NCBI GenBank assembly: GCA_965215015.1
Contig: OZ244042.1
Span: forward strand, 4,384,001-4,448,000
Length of the DNA stretch: 64,000 nt
Reading direction: 5' to 3'
Origin: Candidatus Poribacteria bacterium
GTDB taxonomy: Bacteria > Poribacteria > WGA-4E > PCPOR2b
Shown piece by piece: positions 50,816-59,798 of this stretch. The notes under the pieces were generated by a model, which was not told the origin of the DNA, made no database searches, and saw only the letters and a list, made by a program, of their open reading frames with translations. Every line of letters starts with the position of its first letter. Position 1 is the first letter of the stretch. Both the position numbers and the translations under genes were made by a program.

Positions 50816-51931
50816 TTACATGCAGAACATCTCAATCATCCGTTGATACACATCGACAGCTTCTGAAAGCTGGGCGATGTCAATCCACTCTCCGACGGTA
50901 TGCGCTTGGACGATATCGCCGGGCCCCAAAATGACGAGTTGTAGGTAATTCTTAAAAGCATGTGCGTCTGTGCCGAATGGCACCGTCCCTGGTTTCGTTG
51001 CGCCTGTGGCTTTCAATCCCGCTTGGACAATCTCCGCATCGGGTGAGACGTAGAACGGCGTCCCGTTATGTCCGGAGGCTTCAAGACCGTACTTTTCAGC
51101 GATTTCCGTTATCATAGCAATCACATCGTCGCTACGATCGTTCGGCATCGATCTAAAACTGAGGGTACAGACCGTTTTCGCTGCGGCGACGTTTGGTCGA
51201 CAGCCACCGTCATCAAGCACCATATTAAATCCATTTGTCGGTGGGTCAAACTCCCTATTCATGAAGGATTCATCGGTTTTGAACAGTTTCGCCAACTCCG
51301 CCATCTCAGCGAGGAAAGGCGCAATTAGGAAGTTTGCTGAAACCCCTTTATCTGTGCTCGTATGCGCTGCTCGCCCTTTCGCGGTTACAAAGACCCGTCC
51401 GCCTCCTTTGTGGGCATAAACAGGGGTCAATCGTGTCGGCTCGGCAATGACACCGTGCTTGGGGCGTTCCGCGTTGAAGAGCTGTGACTCCCCTGCAACT
51501 TGGCGCGCTCCCCCACCGCTAATCTCTTCGTCCGCCGTGATGACGATAAAGAGGGGTTTCTTCAAATCGGCGGCGTTGACCTTTGCGCCCGCAATAATTG
51601 TCGCAGCTAGCGGTCCCTTCATATCACAACTGCCACGACCAAACAGGCGACCATCTTGAATCACTGGGTCAAATGGGTCCCACTCCCCCTCCAAGCCAGG
51701 AACGGTATCGGAGTGGGAAAAAAGTCCGAAACCATTGGAACCCTCTCCCTTTTTCCCCACTAGGCTCACCTTTTGCTCACTATTGTCATCAACGTATTCT
51801 AGACGCTCGACCTCAAACTCACATCCCTTTAGTGTATCTTCAAGGAGATCTGAGACCTCCTTATTGCTCCGTTGGCTAACGGAATTAATCGCCACAATAT
51901 CCCTAGTCAGTTGAACAACATCAAGTCCCAT
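50816..51931 (-). CDS. M20 metallopeptidase, acetylornithine deacetylase-like
   Basis: SHSDTVP, GRGSCDMKG, ADEE, AEPT, GTDA, AHTVGE. Confidence 0.88.
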   Translation of the reverse strand: MGLDVVQLTRDIVAINSVSQRSNKEVSDLLEDTLKGCEFEVERLEYVDDNSEQKVSLVGKKGEGSNGFGLFSHSDTVPGLEGEWDPFDPVIQDGRLFGRGSCDMKGPLAATIIAGAKVNAADLKKPLFIVITADEEISGGGARQVAGESQLFNAERPKHGVIAEPTRLTPVYAHKGGGRVFVTAKGRAAHTSTDKGVSANFLIAPFLAEMAELAKLFKTDESFMNREFDPPTNGFNMVLDDGGCRPNVAAAKTVCTLSFRSMPNDRSDDVIAMITEIAEKYGLEASGHNGTPFYVSPDAEIVQAGLKATGATKPGTVPFGTDAHAFKNYLQLVILGPGDIVQAHTVGEWIDIAQLSEAVDVYQRMIEMFCM

Positions 51932-52571
51932 CAAGAATGAACTCCTATCCAAAATTTGACTCATTAATAAAAAAAAATAAACAATCAGGCTCATGAAAAA
52001 AGAGAGTGCAAAACGTAAAAACCGTGAAACGTGGAAACCACTGGTTCACTAGTACATTAATGAACGAGTGAGCCAATGAACTCAATCAGTTTTTGTTACA
52101 TGATTTCTTAACATGAGCCAACAACCATTTATCACATTGTCAGAATGAGTAGTATGCTTTGTGAAATTGCCTTTTGAGAGCAGATGTAGTAATCTCAATA
52201 GATTTGCAACTGTTGGATTAAATTCTCAGGCGGTGGCAACGGCTCCATCGCGCTATGGGTACGGTAAAAGCCTATGCGAATCTCTGGCAGCAGTGTCTCA
52301 CCGTGTCCAAGCAGTCTGGACCTACCTTATCGGCCCGCACTTGTCAAAATCATGCTATGCTATCATATATTTAACAAGAGGTCTATGAAAAAATTAGTTC
52401 GTTGATTTTCGTTGACTTTTCATAAGAATATAGGTAAAATGGTTGATATTGCATATCCTCAGAATTGGCTTGTCAACAACGTTTTTGGCAAAATTTTTCT
52501 GACGAATAGCGAATCGTTCAGAAATCTTAATGCAGTGCACGTTAATAAAATGACCGCAGGAGGGGAAAATA

Positions 52572-53177
52572 ATGAAACGGAAGTTTAGAACTTACTTAAT
52601 CTGCGTGCTATTTGTAGTAGGCTTCATTGCTTGCGGAGGGGATTCGGACGATGACGTAGATCAGCAGCCCACACAACCGTCAACCCAGCCATCAACATCG
52701 GGCGGTGAAGTCCTACAAATTGAAGTTGATTATGCAGCCGAGGAAGCAGCCATTCGAGAGGTTTTTACCCTGCACGCCGAAGGTATTGGAACGAAAGACC
52801 CTGACGTATTTATGCCGTATTGGTTGAAAAGCGAAAGCGAAGATGTCTTTGTCGCTTGGGATTTTTGGGCGGGGGCATTTGAAAAACACCTCGGTTGGCA
52901 AGCGATCAAAAAGGGATGGGTAGGTATTTTTCGCCTACGCAGCGGCAAAATGACCGTTGAATTCGAGAGCATTGCAATCGATAAAATCGGCAAAAATGCC
53001 ACCTTGCGCGGCCGTTATCAATGGGCAGTCAGCGGGGGTCTGATCGCATCAATGAAGAAGGACCGCGAAGAGGGGTGGAAAATTCAGCAAGTTGATTACA
53101 CGAATGAAAAGTTTGGAAAACAGGTTGATGAGCTTAAGGATCCGGCCTATGTGAATCCTCCACCCGAAGAAGAGTAG
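52572..53177 (+). CDS. Lipoprotein with NTF2/SnoaL-like domain
   Basis: Lipobox FIAC-GG, low-complexity linker, EEAAIREV...GWQAIKKGW...WKIQQVD. Confidence 0.7.
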   Translation: MKRKFRTYLICVLFVVGFIACGGDSDDDVDQQPTQPSTQPSTSGGEVLQIEVDYAAEEAAIREVFTLHAEGIGTKDPDVFMPYWLKSESEDVFVAWDFWAGAFEKHLGWQAIKKGWVGIFRLRSGKMTVEFESIAIDKIGKNATLRGRYQWAVSGGLIASMKKDREEGWKIQQVDYTNEKFGKQVDELKDPAYVNPPPEEE

Positions 53178-53297
53178 AAGTGAACGCTGGTTGAATTACT
53201 GATGGATTGAGGGGCGATTAAGACTGCCTTCCTTGGTAGGAGAGGGCGTCCGATTGCCAGTGCACAACCTACACAGAATTTCTATACCCTCGCGTTT

Positions 53298-54194
53298 CTA
53301 ATGTGAAACTAATTGCCGTGAAGGTTCAAGGGTGGGAAGATAATCCGGCGTAATCTCATCACCTTCGCAGAGCACTACCGCCCTCGATATCACCCCCCAT
53401 AATTCTCGAACATTCTCCGGCCAATCATACTTATAAAGTAGGTGCATTGCTGCATCAGATACCTTGGGCGGCTTTTTGCTATCTAATTCTGCTTGTTGTT
53501 CAACGAAATGCGTCACCAAGGCTGGGAGATCTTCAAAGCGTTCTCGAAGTGGTGGGGATTGCACCATACAAACACTCAGGCGATAGTATAGATCCGATCT
53601 AAACTTCCTTTGATCGACAAACTGCTTGAGGTCGCCATGGGTTGTACCGATAATACGAACATTGGCGTAAATCGGTTTTGTTCCGCCAACACGGGTAAAA
53701 TAACCGTTTACCAGAAAATCATGCAATCGATTTTGGGTTTCGAGTGGGAGTGTATCAATTTCATCAAGGCACAGCGTGCCATCATTCGCTATTTCCAGCA
53801 TTCCTTTTTTTTCGCTAACTGCTCCCGTGAAAGCCCCCTGTTCATGACCAAATATTTCACTATTGACAAGGGATGTGCCCGTTGATGCTGTGTGAAAAGG
53901 GACAAAGGGGCCGCTTGCATACTTGCTATTATAGTGGATTATCCGGGCGATCAATTCCTTTCCGGTTCCCGTTTCTCCCTGAATTAGGACAGGCGATTGC
54001 GTTGCTGCAATCTTGTGTAAGTTGGTGCGAAACTGTTGCGTCCATGTACTTGTGCCGACTAACTCAACTTTGGGAATTGATGGCACCGAGGACCGCTGTG
54101 GCGTTTCCATTGCGCTCAAGAGTTCTTCAGCTTCATCGACAGTGACTTTGTGGGCATGAAGCAGAGCGAGTACCTTCCGTTGTGCTGCGTACAT
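53298..54194 (-). CDS. Sigma54-interacting AAA+ activator with N-terminal SHOCT-like helix and no C-terminal HTH
   Basis: GETGTGKE, ESEIFGH-type NSEIFGHEQGAFTGA, LCLDEID, FRSDLYYRL, WPENVREL; ends about 30 aa after sensor II. Confidence 0.88.
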   Translation of the reverse strand: MYAAQRKVLALLHAHKVTVDEAEELLSAMETPQRSSVPSIPKVELVGTSTWTQQFRTNLHKIAATQSPVLIQGETGTGKELIARIIHYNSKYASGPFVPFHTASTGTSLVNSEIFGHEQGAFTGAVSEKKGMLEIANDGTLCLDEIDTLPLETQNRLHDFLVNGYFTRVGGTKPIYANVRIIGTTHGDLKQFVDQRKFRSDLYYRLSVCMVQSPPLRERFEDLPALVTHFVEQQAELDSKKPPKVSDAAMHLLYKYDWPENVRELWGVISRAVVLCEGDEITPDYLPTLEPSRQLVSH

Positions 54195-54253
54195 GATTGT
54201 ACCTCCTAATTTTTTATCGGCAGTCTGTTTCTTAAATTCGGCTATGATTACCC

Positions 54254-54637
54254 CTAAGCGGACTTGTGAAATACACCGCTAAGAGTTTGCATGGCTGCGA
54301 TGCCTTCCTGTGGAGACATCTCACCACACTCGATTGCCTCAAGGATTTCGAGTTGTTCCCGCCGTTTTGCGTGAGGCGCATACCCCAGCGCGTCAATGAC
54401 CTCATCCAGCTTTTTTCGTACCGTTGGGTATGAGATTCCCAGTTCTTTTTCGACCTCTTTAATGTTGCCCCTCGCAACGAGGAACGCTTCAACAAACTGC
54501 TGCTGCTCCGAAGGTAGCAGTCCAAGTTTGGAGATTGGAAAACCTCCTTCCATTGCCATTTCGCAGGAGACGCATTTCAGTTTGACAGGTTCAAGCCGCC
54601 CGTCGCAGATTGGGCAGTTGCTGATTGGTTTGCGCAT
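54254..54637 (-). CDS. DUF2089-family protein (Zn ribbon + HTH + SHOCT-like)
   Basis: CPIC..C..C, GNIKEVEKELGISYPTVRKKLD, ILEAIECGEMSPQEGIAAM. Confidence 0.88.
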   Translation of the reverse strand: MRKPISNCPICDGRLEPVKLKCVSCEMAMEGGFPISKLGLLPSEQQQFVEAFLVARGNIKEVEKELGISYPTVRKKLDEVIDALGYAPHAKRREQLEILEAIECGEMSPQEGIAAMQTLSGVFHKSA

Positions 54638-54681
54638 AAACACTCCTCTTAACAAAAAGGATTTCGATTCTACTGCCGCAT

Positions 54682-54710
54682 ATTATAACCGGCAAAATGA
54701 CAAATGTCAA
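54682..54710 (-). promoter_or_regulatory. Consensus sigma70 promoter of the DUF2089 operon
   Basis: Minus strand TTGACA (54710-54705), 17 bp, TATAAT (54687-54682). Confidence 0.75.
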
Positions 54711-54899
54711 ATATAATAATTAATATCATTAATTATTAACAGATGTTTATCAAGGATATTAATTTTATAAATTGATTTTTAATAAAACAGGTTCCAACTG
54801 TCCGAAATCTATCTGCTCTACTTCGCACCTGTTCCAAATCCTCGCTGAATTGATTTGATTACATGTTTCTATTTTATTTTTGATGACGTTGTACTATAA

Positions 54900-55166
54900 T
54901 TACGCAAGTTGGTAGTAGTAGGCATACTCCGTATACCGTAATCGCCGTTCCATGAACCTATTGAGTTTAAGAGTTCATTAATTGTACAGACGAACCAACA
55001 TAGCCCCAGTGACTTTGAATCTCGAAGATACCTACACCGTCGCGCGATAGAACACCCGGAAACTCACCAGACCGTTCTAGGCTCTATGAACCAGGAACTG
55101 AATGTGTGTAGTCTTAGATGTCGAGTATGGAAACTCGACCTACGGACTATCTAGCAACTTGCGTTA
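54900..55166. mobile_element. MITE-like element, family A
   Basis: ttacgcaagttggtag ... ctagcaacttgcgtta; REP directly inside the left end as at 10132. Confidence 0.6.
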
Positions 55167-55218
55167 TATTAACTCAAATTTGGGAAATTAGGCAATCAAT
55201 CAGTAGAGGAGCGATAGT

Positions 55219-56031
55219 ATGCAGACACGGAAGCTGGCAACGCTTGAGGTGCCGCCTATCGGAATGGGCACTTGGAAAACATTTGATGTCCACTCAGAGA
55301 CAGAAATTGATGTTCGCAAGAAGATTATCACATCCTGTCTCTCAGAGGGTGTTTCCTTTCTCGATTCGTCGCCGATGTACGGCGAGAGTGAAAGCGTGGT
55401 TGGCCTAACAACTGAGGGCAAGCGAGAGCAGTTTCAGTTCGCAACGAAGGTGTGGTGCACGGGACTAGCACAGGGCAGAGCCGAGATCGCCCAATCTTTT
55501 GAACGGTTTCGGACCGACTATATTGACGTCTTTCAAATCCATAATCTCTTGGATTGGGAGACCCACCTACCAACACTAGAGGAATTGAAGGCGGAGAGGA
55601 AAATCGGTCTCATTGGGATCACACACTACCTGACCCAATCCTATCCTGAGATGATTCAAATTATAAAAAGTAAACGGATTAGCACGATTCAGATCCCCTA
55701 CCACGTGTTGGAACGGACGTGTGAGCAGGAGATGCTGCCGCTTGCCGAGGAACTTGGAATCGGCGTGATTGTGATGCAGCCGCTTGGCGTAGGAAAGTTG
55801 GTGACGGGTCTCAAAAGGGAACCGGATCTCTCGCCGCTTCAAGCACATGGGATAGAGACGTGGGCACAGGCATTATTGGCGTGGATTCTCGCGGATGCGC
55901 GGGTGAGCGTGGTAATCCCGGCGACCTCAAAACCAGAACGGATTCGAGAGAACGCTACGGTAGGTCGGTTGCCTGCACTGCCGACGGAGTTGCGGGCATA
56001 TATTGAGAGGGAAGCGCGACGATGCCTCTGA
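55219..56031 (+). CDS. Aldo/keto reductase
   Basis: IGMGTW, DSSPMYG, FATKVW, QIHNL, IPATSKPERIREN. Confidence 0.92.
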   Translation: MQTRKLATLEVPPIGMGTWKTFDVHSETEIDVRKKIITSCLSEGVSFLDSSPMYGESESVVGLTTEGKREQFQFATKVWCTGLAQGRAEIAQSFERFRTDYIDVFQIHNLLDWETHLPTLEELKAERKIGLIGITHYLTQSYPEMIQIIKSKRISTIQIPYHVLERTCEQEMLPLAEELGIGVIVMQPLGVGKLVTGLKREPDLSPLQAHGIETWAQALLAWILADARVSVVIPATSKPERIRENATVGRLPALPTELRAYIEREARRCL

Positions 56032-56079
56032 CCGATTTTTTGCAAAGTATAACTTGACCTTGCATGAAAGGAATTTCAC

Positions 56080-56450
56080 ATGCTGACACAAGAGCAGACC
56101 GACCTCTATCAAACCAACGGTTATATCGCCGTTGAAAACGTGATTTCAGCGAAAGATATCGCGGAGCTCCGCAAGATTACTGATAAATTTGTCATAAATC
56201 CCGCGAGGGCACTGAACATACCAACGTTTTTGACCTTGAGCCCTTGCATACGCCAGAAGCACCTCAGTTGCGGCGTCTCAAAATCCGGCACCTCTGCAGC
56301 CAATTTACGACCGGATGCTGCGGCACGACTATCTTCTCGATAGTGCTGCCCAATTGATTGGATCGAATATTCGTTATGACACCTCCAAACTTAACATGAA
56401 ATCTGCCGAATTCGGTAGCCCGGTTGAATGGCATCAGGATTTGGCGTTTG
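56080..56450 (+). pseudogene. PhyH-family dioxygenase pseudogene
   Basis: MLTQEQTDLYQTNGY..., then frameshifted FDLEP.HTPEAPQLRRL and SKLNMKSAEFGSPVEWHQD; truncated. Confidence 0.75.
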
Positions 56451-56613
56451 GGGGATCTGAATTTTGCTTGACACTTTAGGAGACATTTGCTACCATTTTC
56501 ACACATCTTCATAGTAACCTTTGGAGCGGATAAATGCGGATAACCTCCTTATTGCATCGGTAGTTTGCCACACAACGATTAAGAATTTGTATCAATGCGG
56601 GGGGATGACCTCG

Positions 56614-57312
56614 ATGAAATCTAATAGTGTTCTATTAATAGCTCTCATGCAGATTGTCGTTTTGATGTGCGGGACGACTAGTTTCGCAGGTACATGGCGC
56701 GACGATTTTGAAGATAGAATTACTAGGGAATGGAAAATTTACAATTTAGACCGTCAGGTTGAAAATTGGTGGATCAATAAAGGCGAGGCAGTTGGACGAA
56801 TTTTTAAGCGTGGGTTCATCAGTTTGTGGTTGACAGGGAAGTTGGATTGGGAGAATTACTCTGTTTCGTGTCGAGCAAAATTGGTCAAGGAGCGTAATGA
56901 TCCGGCGCGTGTCGGACTCACCTTACACGACAGAGGTGATGAGCACAGCCGTTATCTTTTCTTTATCAATTTCTTTTTTGGGACTGTGTCAATCACTAAA
57001 GCGGCTCCAAATGTATGGTCTACGCGGGACTTCCCTTTTGTCTCGGACATTGATACATGGTATCAACTGAGGGCAACTGTTAGTGAGGGGTTACTCGAAT
57101 TTCAGGTCAATGATCAGGTCTTTACAGCAGAAGATCCGTCTCCCCTCAAGCCCGGTCAAGCAGGGCTTGTGGTCGGTAACGCAGAAGGTCGCTTTGATGA
57201 CGTTGCAGTCACGGGATCAAGCATTAAAAACGGCGGGCCGGGGCGTCAGCGTGCTGTGAACAAATGGGGGACACTTACGACAACATGGGGACAAATCAAA
57301 CGTAACGAGTGA
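56614..57312 (+). CDS. Secreted DUF1080/concanavalin-like protein with C-terminal 'TTTWG' motif
   Basis: Signal peptide, GTWRDDFED, WYQL...GQAGL...FDDVAVTG; ends AVNKWGTLTTTWGQIK. Confidence 0.7.
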   Translation: MKSNSVLLIALMQIVVLMCGTTSFAGTWRDDFEDRITREWKIYNLDRQVENWWINKGEAVGRIFKRGFISLWLTGKLDWENYSVSCRAKLVKERNDPARVGLTLHDRGDEHSRYLFFINFFFGTVSITKAAPNVWSTRDFPFVSDIDTWYQLRATVSEGLLEFQVNDQVFTAEDPSPLKPGQAGLVVGNAEGRFDDVAVTGSSIKNGGPGRQRAVNKWGTLTTTWGQIKRNE

Positions 57313-57665
57313 AACGTAGGTACTGTGTTTGACTTGCTGATGATTCTTCTCGTGTGAATTAGTGGCTGAGAAAACGTCCATCTAGGTGCATTTAGTTTTC
57401 GGTTTTCTCTCTGTCTGAGCGGTGTGTCGGGATTCGGAAATCCCGCTCCGTTCCGAGCGTTTTCAACCGACAGGCGCACTCAATACCCCGTTCCCCGGAG
57501 GTCGGGCATCTTGCCCAATTCATGCCCCAATGCACCGAGTATCGAGATGGGGAAACCCCTCCTACTGGAAAATTGAATGCCCCTAACGTCCATCAGATTG
57601 TGCTTGCATGGACCGAGGAATTGTGTTACAATGAGATAGATTTTTGCGATAAAGGAGGCTATTGT

Positions 57666-58118
57666 TTGAGAAGCGTTGATAATCAACCGTCCGGTTTTAC
57701 ATCTACACAACTCCTCATTGTGATTGTTATTATTGGGATTGTGGTCGCTGTCGTTCTAGCGTCAGGCTTACTGGGGCAGGCAGGGAAGGCGGATCAGGCG
57801 CAAGCGGCAGAGGAAATCGAAACTATCGGCATCGCACTGGATACCTATGCGAAAGACAATGGGGATTATCCATCAACCGAGCAAGGATTGGTAGCACTCT
57901 GGGAGAAGCCTGAACAACCGCCAACTCCTGTCAATTGGAAGGGACCTTATTTGAAGGTTCCCATCACCACGGATCCATGGGGAAACATTTACATCTACAT
58001 CCGGCCCGGTGTCCATGATCGATACGGGTACGATCTTGTCTCTTTCGGTAGCGATGGACGCGAAGGTGGGACCGGCGACGCAGAAGATGTGGTCAGTTGG
58101 ATTCGTCCGGATGAGTAA
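57666..58118 (+). CDS. gspG: Type II secretion major pseudopilin GspG-like
   Basis: G|FTSTQLL prepilin site, ALDTY..DNG.YPSTEQGL.AL, WKGPYL, DPWG..Y.Y..PG, S.GSDG.EGG.G. Confidence 0.85.
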   Translation: MRSVDNQPSGFTSTQLLIVIVIIGIVVAVVLASGLLGQAGKADQAQAAEEIETIGIALDTYAKDNGDYPSTEQGLVALWEKPEQPPTPVNWKGPYLKVPITTDPWGNIYIYIRPGVHDRYGYDLVSFGSDGREGGTGDAEDVVSWIRPDE

Positions 58119-58159
58119 AGTGTAGAGCGGAAAATTTAAGGGGTGTTGTTAATTCGTCC

Positions 58160-58873
58160 CTAGCAGGTAGCAGCGATTGCAGCTTTCAAGTCTAAGGCCC
58201 CTGTATAAAGTGCTCGACCAACGATTGCCCCATGAACTCCTATTGCTCTGAGATCTTCAACATCTTGAATTGAGGTAATCCCACCGGAGGCGATGACCTT
58301 TACCGAGACAGCGTCGGCGATGGCTCCCGTCGTTTCCAAGTTGGGCCCTTGGAGCATACCATCACTTTTGATGTCTGTATAGATGATGGTTTGAACCCCA
58401 CAATTCTCCATTTCTTTGGCAAATGCGAGGGCAGGTTTTTCAGACACATCAAGCCAGCCCCCTGTGGCGACCATCCCATCCTTTGCATCGATACCGACGG
58501 CGATTCGGGAACCGTACTTTTCACATGCGACTTCGACCAACGGTGGATTTTTGAGTGCAGCTGTTCCCAGAATTGCCCTTGTCACACCGAGTAATAGAAC
58601 CTCCTCTAGTCTTTCCATCGTCCGGATACCACCCCCCAGTTGGACGGGGATTTGAAGCGTCTCGACAATCTTCTTAACAATGTGAAGATTATCGGATACT
58701 TTACCAAATGCGCCATCAAGGTCTACAAGGTGAAGGTATTGAGCACCACCTTGTTGCCACTGTTCCGCCATTTCCACAGGCTGATCTGAGAAGATGGTTT
58801 CCTCTCCTGCTCGTCCCTGCACCAAATTTACACATTTTCCATTTCGGAGATCGATTGCTGGTAAAATTAACAC
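58160..58873 (-). CDS. hisA: ProFAR isomerase
   Basis: ILPAIDL..GKCVNLVQG, LHLVDLDGA, VQLGGGIR, YTDI..DG.LQGPN, IASGG, IVGRALY. Confidence 0.95.
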   Translation of the reverse strand: MLILPAIDLRNGKCVNLVQGRAGEETIFSDQPVEMAEQWQQGGAQYLHLVDLDGAFGKVSDNLHIVKKIVETLQIPVQLGGGIRTMERLEEVLLLGVTRAILGTAALKNPPLVEVACEKYGSRIAVGIDAKDGMVATGGWLDVSEKPALAFAKEMENCGVQTIIYTDIKSDGMLQGPNLETTGAIADAVSVKVIASGGITSIQDVEDLRAIGVHGAIVGRALYTGALDLKAAIAATC

Positions 58874-58970
58874 GATTGTTATGACTCCCTGTTTTGGAGT
58901 GAGAAAGTAACCATTCAGGTGGTATCGATTGTACGGATTTGAATGATTCGATGAAAGAAAGGAATCGCAG

Positions 58971-59699
58971 ATGCGTCCAGTTATTGGCATTACTTGCAGT
59001 TTAACGGCGAGCCCTATCGGTGACTCTATATATCCCCTTGAGCGCAACATAATCGCGCGCGATTATGCCCGCGCGATTGAATACGCTGGGGGCACCCCGT
59101 TCCTCGTGCCACACGTTGGAGATATGGAGTGCATTAATCAATACTTGGGAGTGCTTGACGGGCTTATTCTCTCCGGCGGTGGTGACATCGATCCGTTACT
59201 ATATGGTCAGGAGCCGCATCAAAATATCGGCAGTGTTGACCGGGTGCGCGATGAGATGGAACTTCAACTCACTCAAAAGGCATTAGCCCAAGACCTGCCG
59301 ATTCTCGCAATTTGTCGTGGCATCCAGATGCTAAATGTGGCTGCGGGAGGCACGATCTATCAAGATATCGCCGCTGAAATGCCGCAGCCAACTTTGTGTC
59401 ACTCGCAAAATGGTGCAGGCTGGTATGCTTCCCATACCATTGATATTTTGTCCGATAGCCGTCTGCTGCAAATTTTCGGCAGTCCAACCGCCCGTGTTAA
59501 TTCGTTCCACCATCAAGCGGTGCGCGATGTTGGCGAAGGCTTTATGATAACTGCCAAAGCGAAGGATAACGTCATTGAAGCCATCGAAGCCCCGACTCAT
59601 CGATTTGCGATTGGTGTGCAGTGCCACCCTGAGATGATGTGGGAGCACCATCCGGAAGTACTGAATCTGTTTACGACATTTTTGAAGGCGTGCCAATGA
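58971..59699 (+). CDS. Gamma-glutamyl-gamma-aminobutyrate hydrolase family (peptidase C26)
   Basis: MRPVIGI, LSGGGDIDP, AICRGIQ, VNSFHHQ, QCHPE. Confidence 0.92.
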   Translation: MRPVIGITCSLTASPIGDSIYPLERNIIARDYARAIEYAGGTPFLVPHVGDMECINQYLGVLDGLILSGGGDIDPLLYGQEPHQNIGSVDRVRDEMELQLTQKALAQDLPILAICRGIQMLNVAAGGTIYQDIAAEMPQPTLCHSQNGAGWYASHTIDILSDSRLLQIFGSPTARVNSFHHQAVRDVGEGFMITAKAKDNVIEAIEAPTHRFAIGVQCHPEMMWEHHPEVLNLFTTFLKACQ

Positions 59700-59798
59700 C
59701 CAATCTGTAGGATAGCTCGATAGATGCTTATCAGCTATTCATTGAAGAAATCCGCTCAGATTTCTCAGTTTGTTCAGCACCTGACCTACATATTTCCG

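Noticed and set aside
52220-52340. Group II intron 5' end (GTGCG on the minus strand)
   Set aside because: No domain V/VI or maturase is visible downstream; kept only as a candidate structured RNA.
52484-52500. Sigma54 -24/-12 promoter (ttggcaaaattttttc)
   Set aside because: The -12 GC is absent, so the match is too weak.
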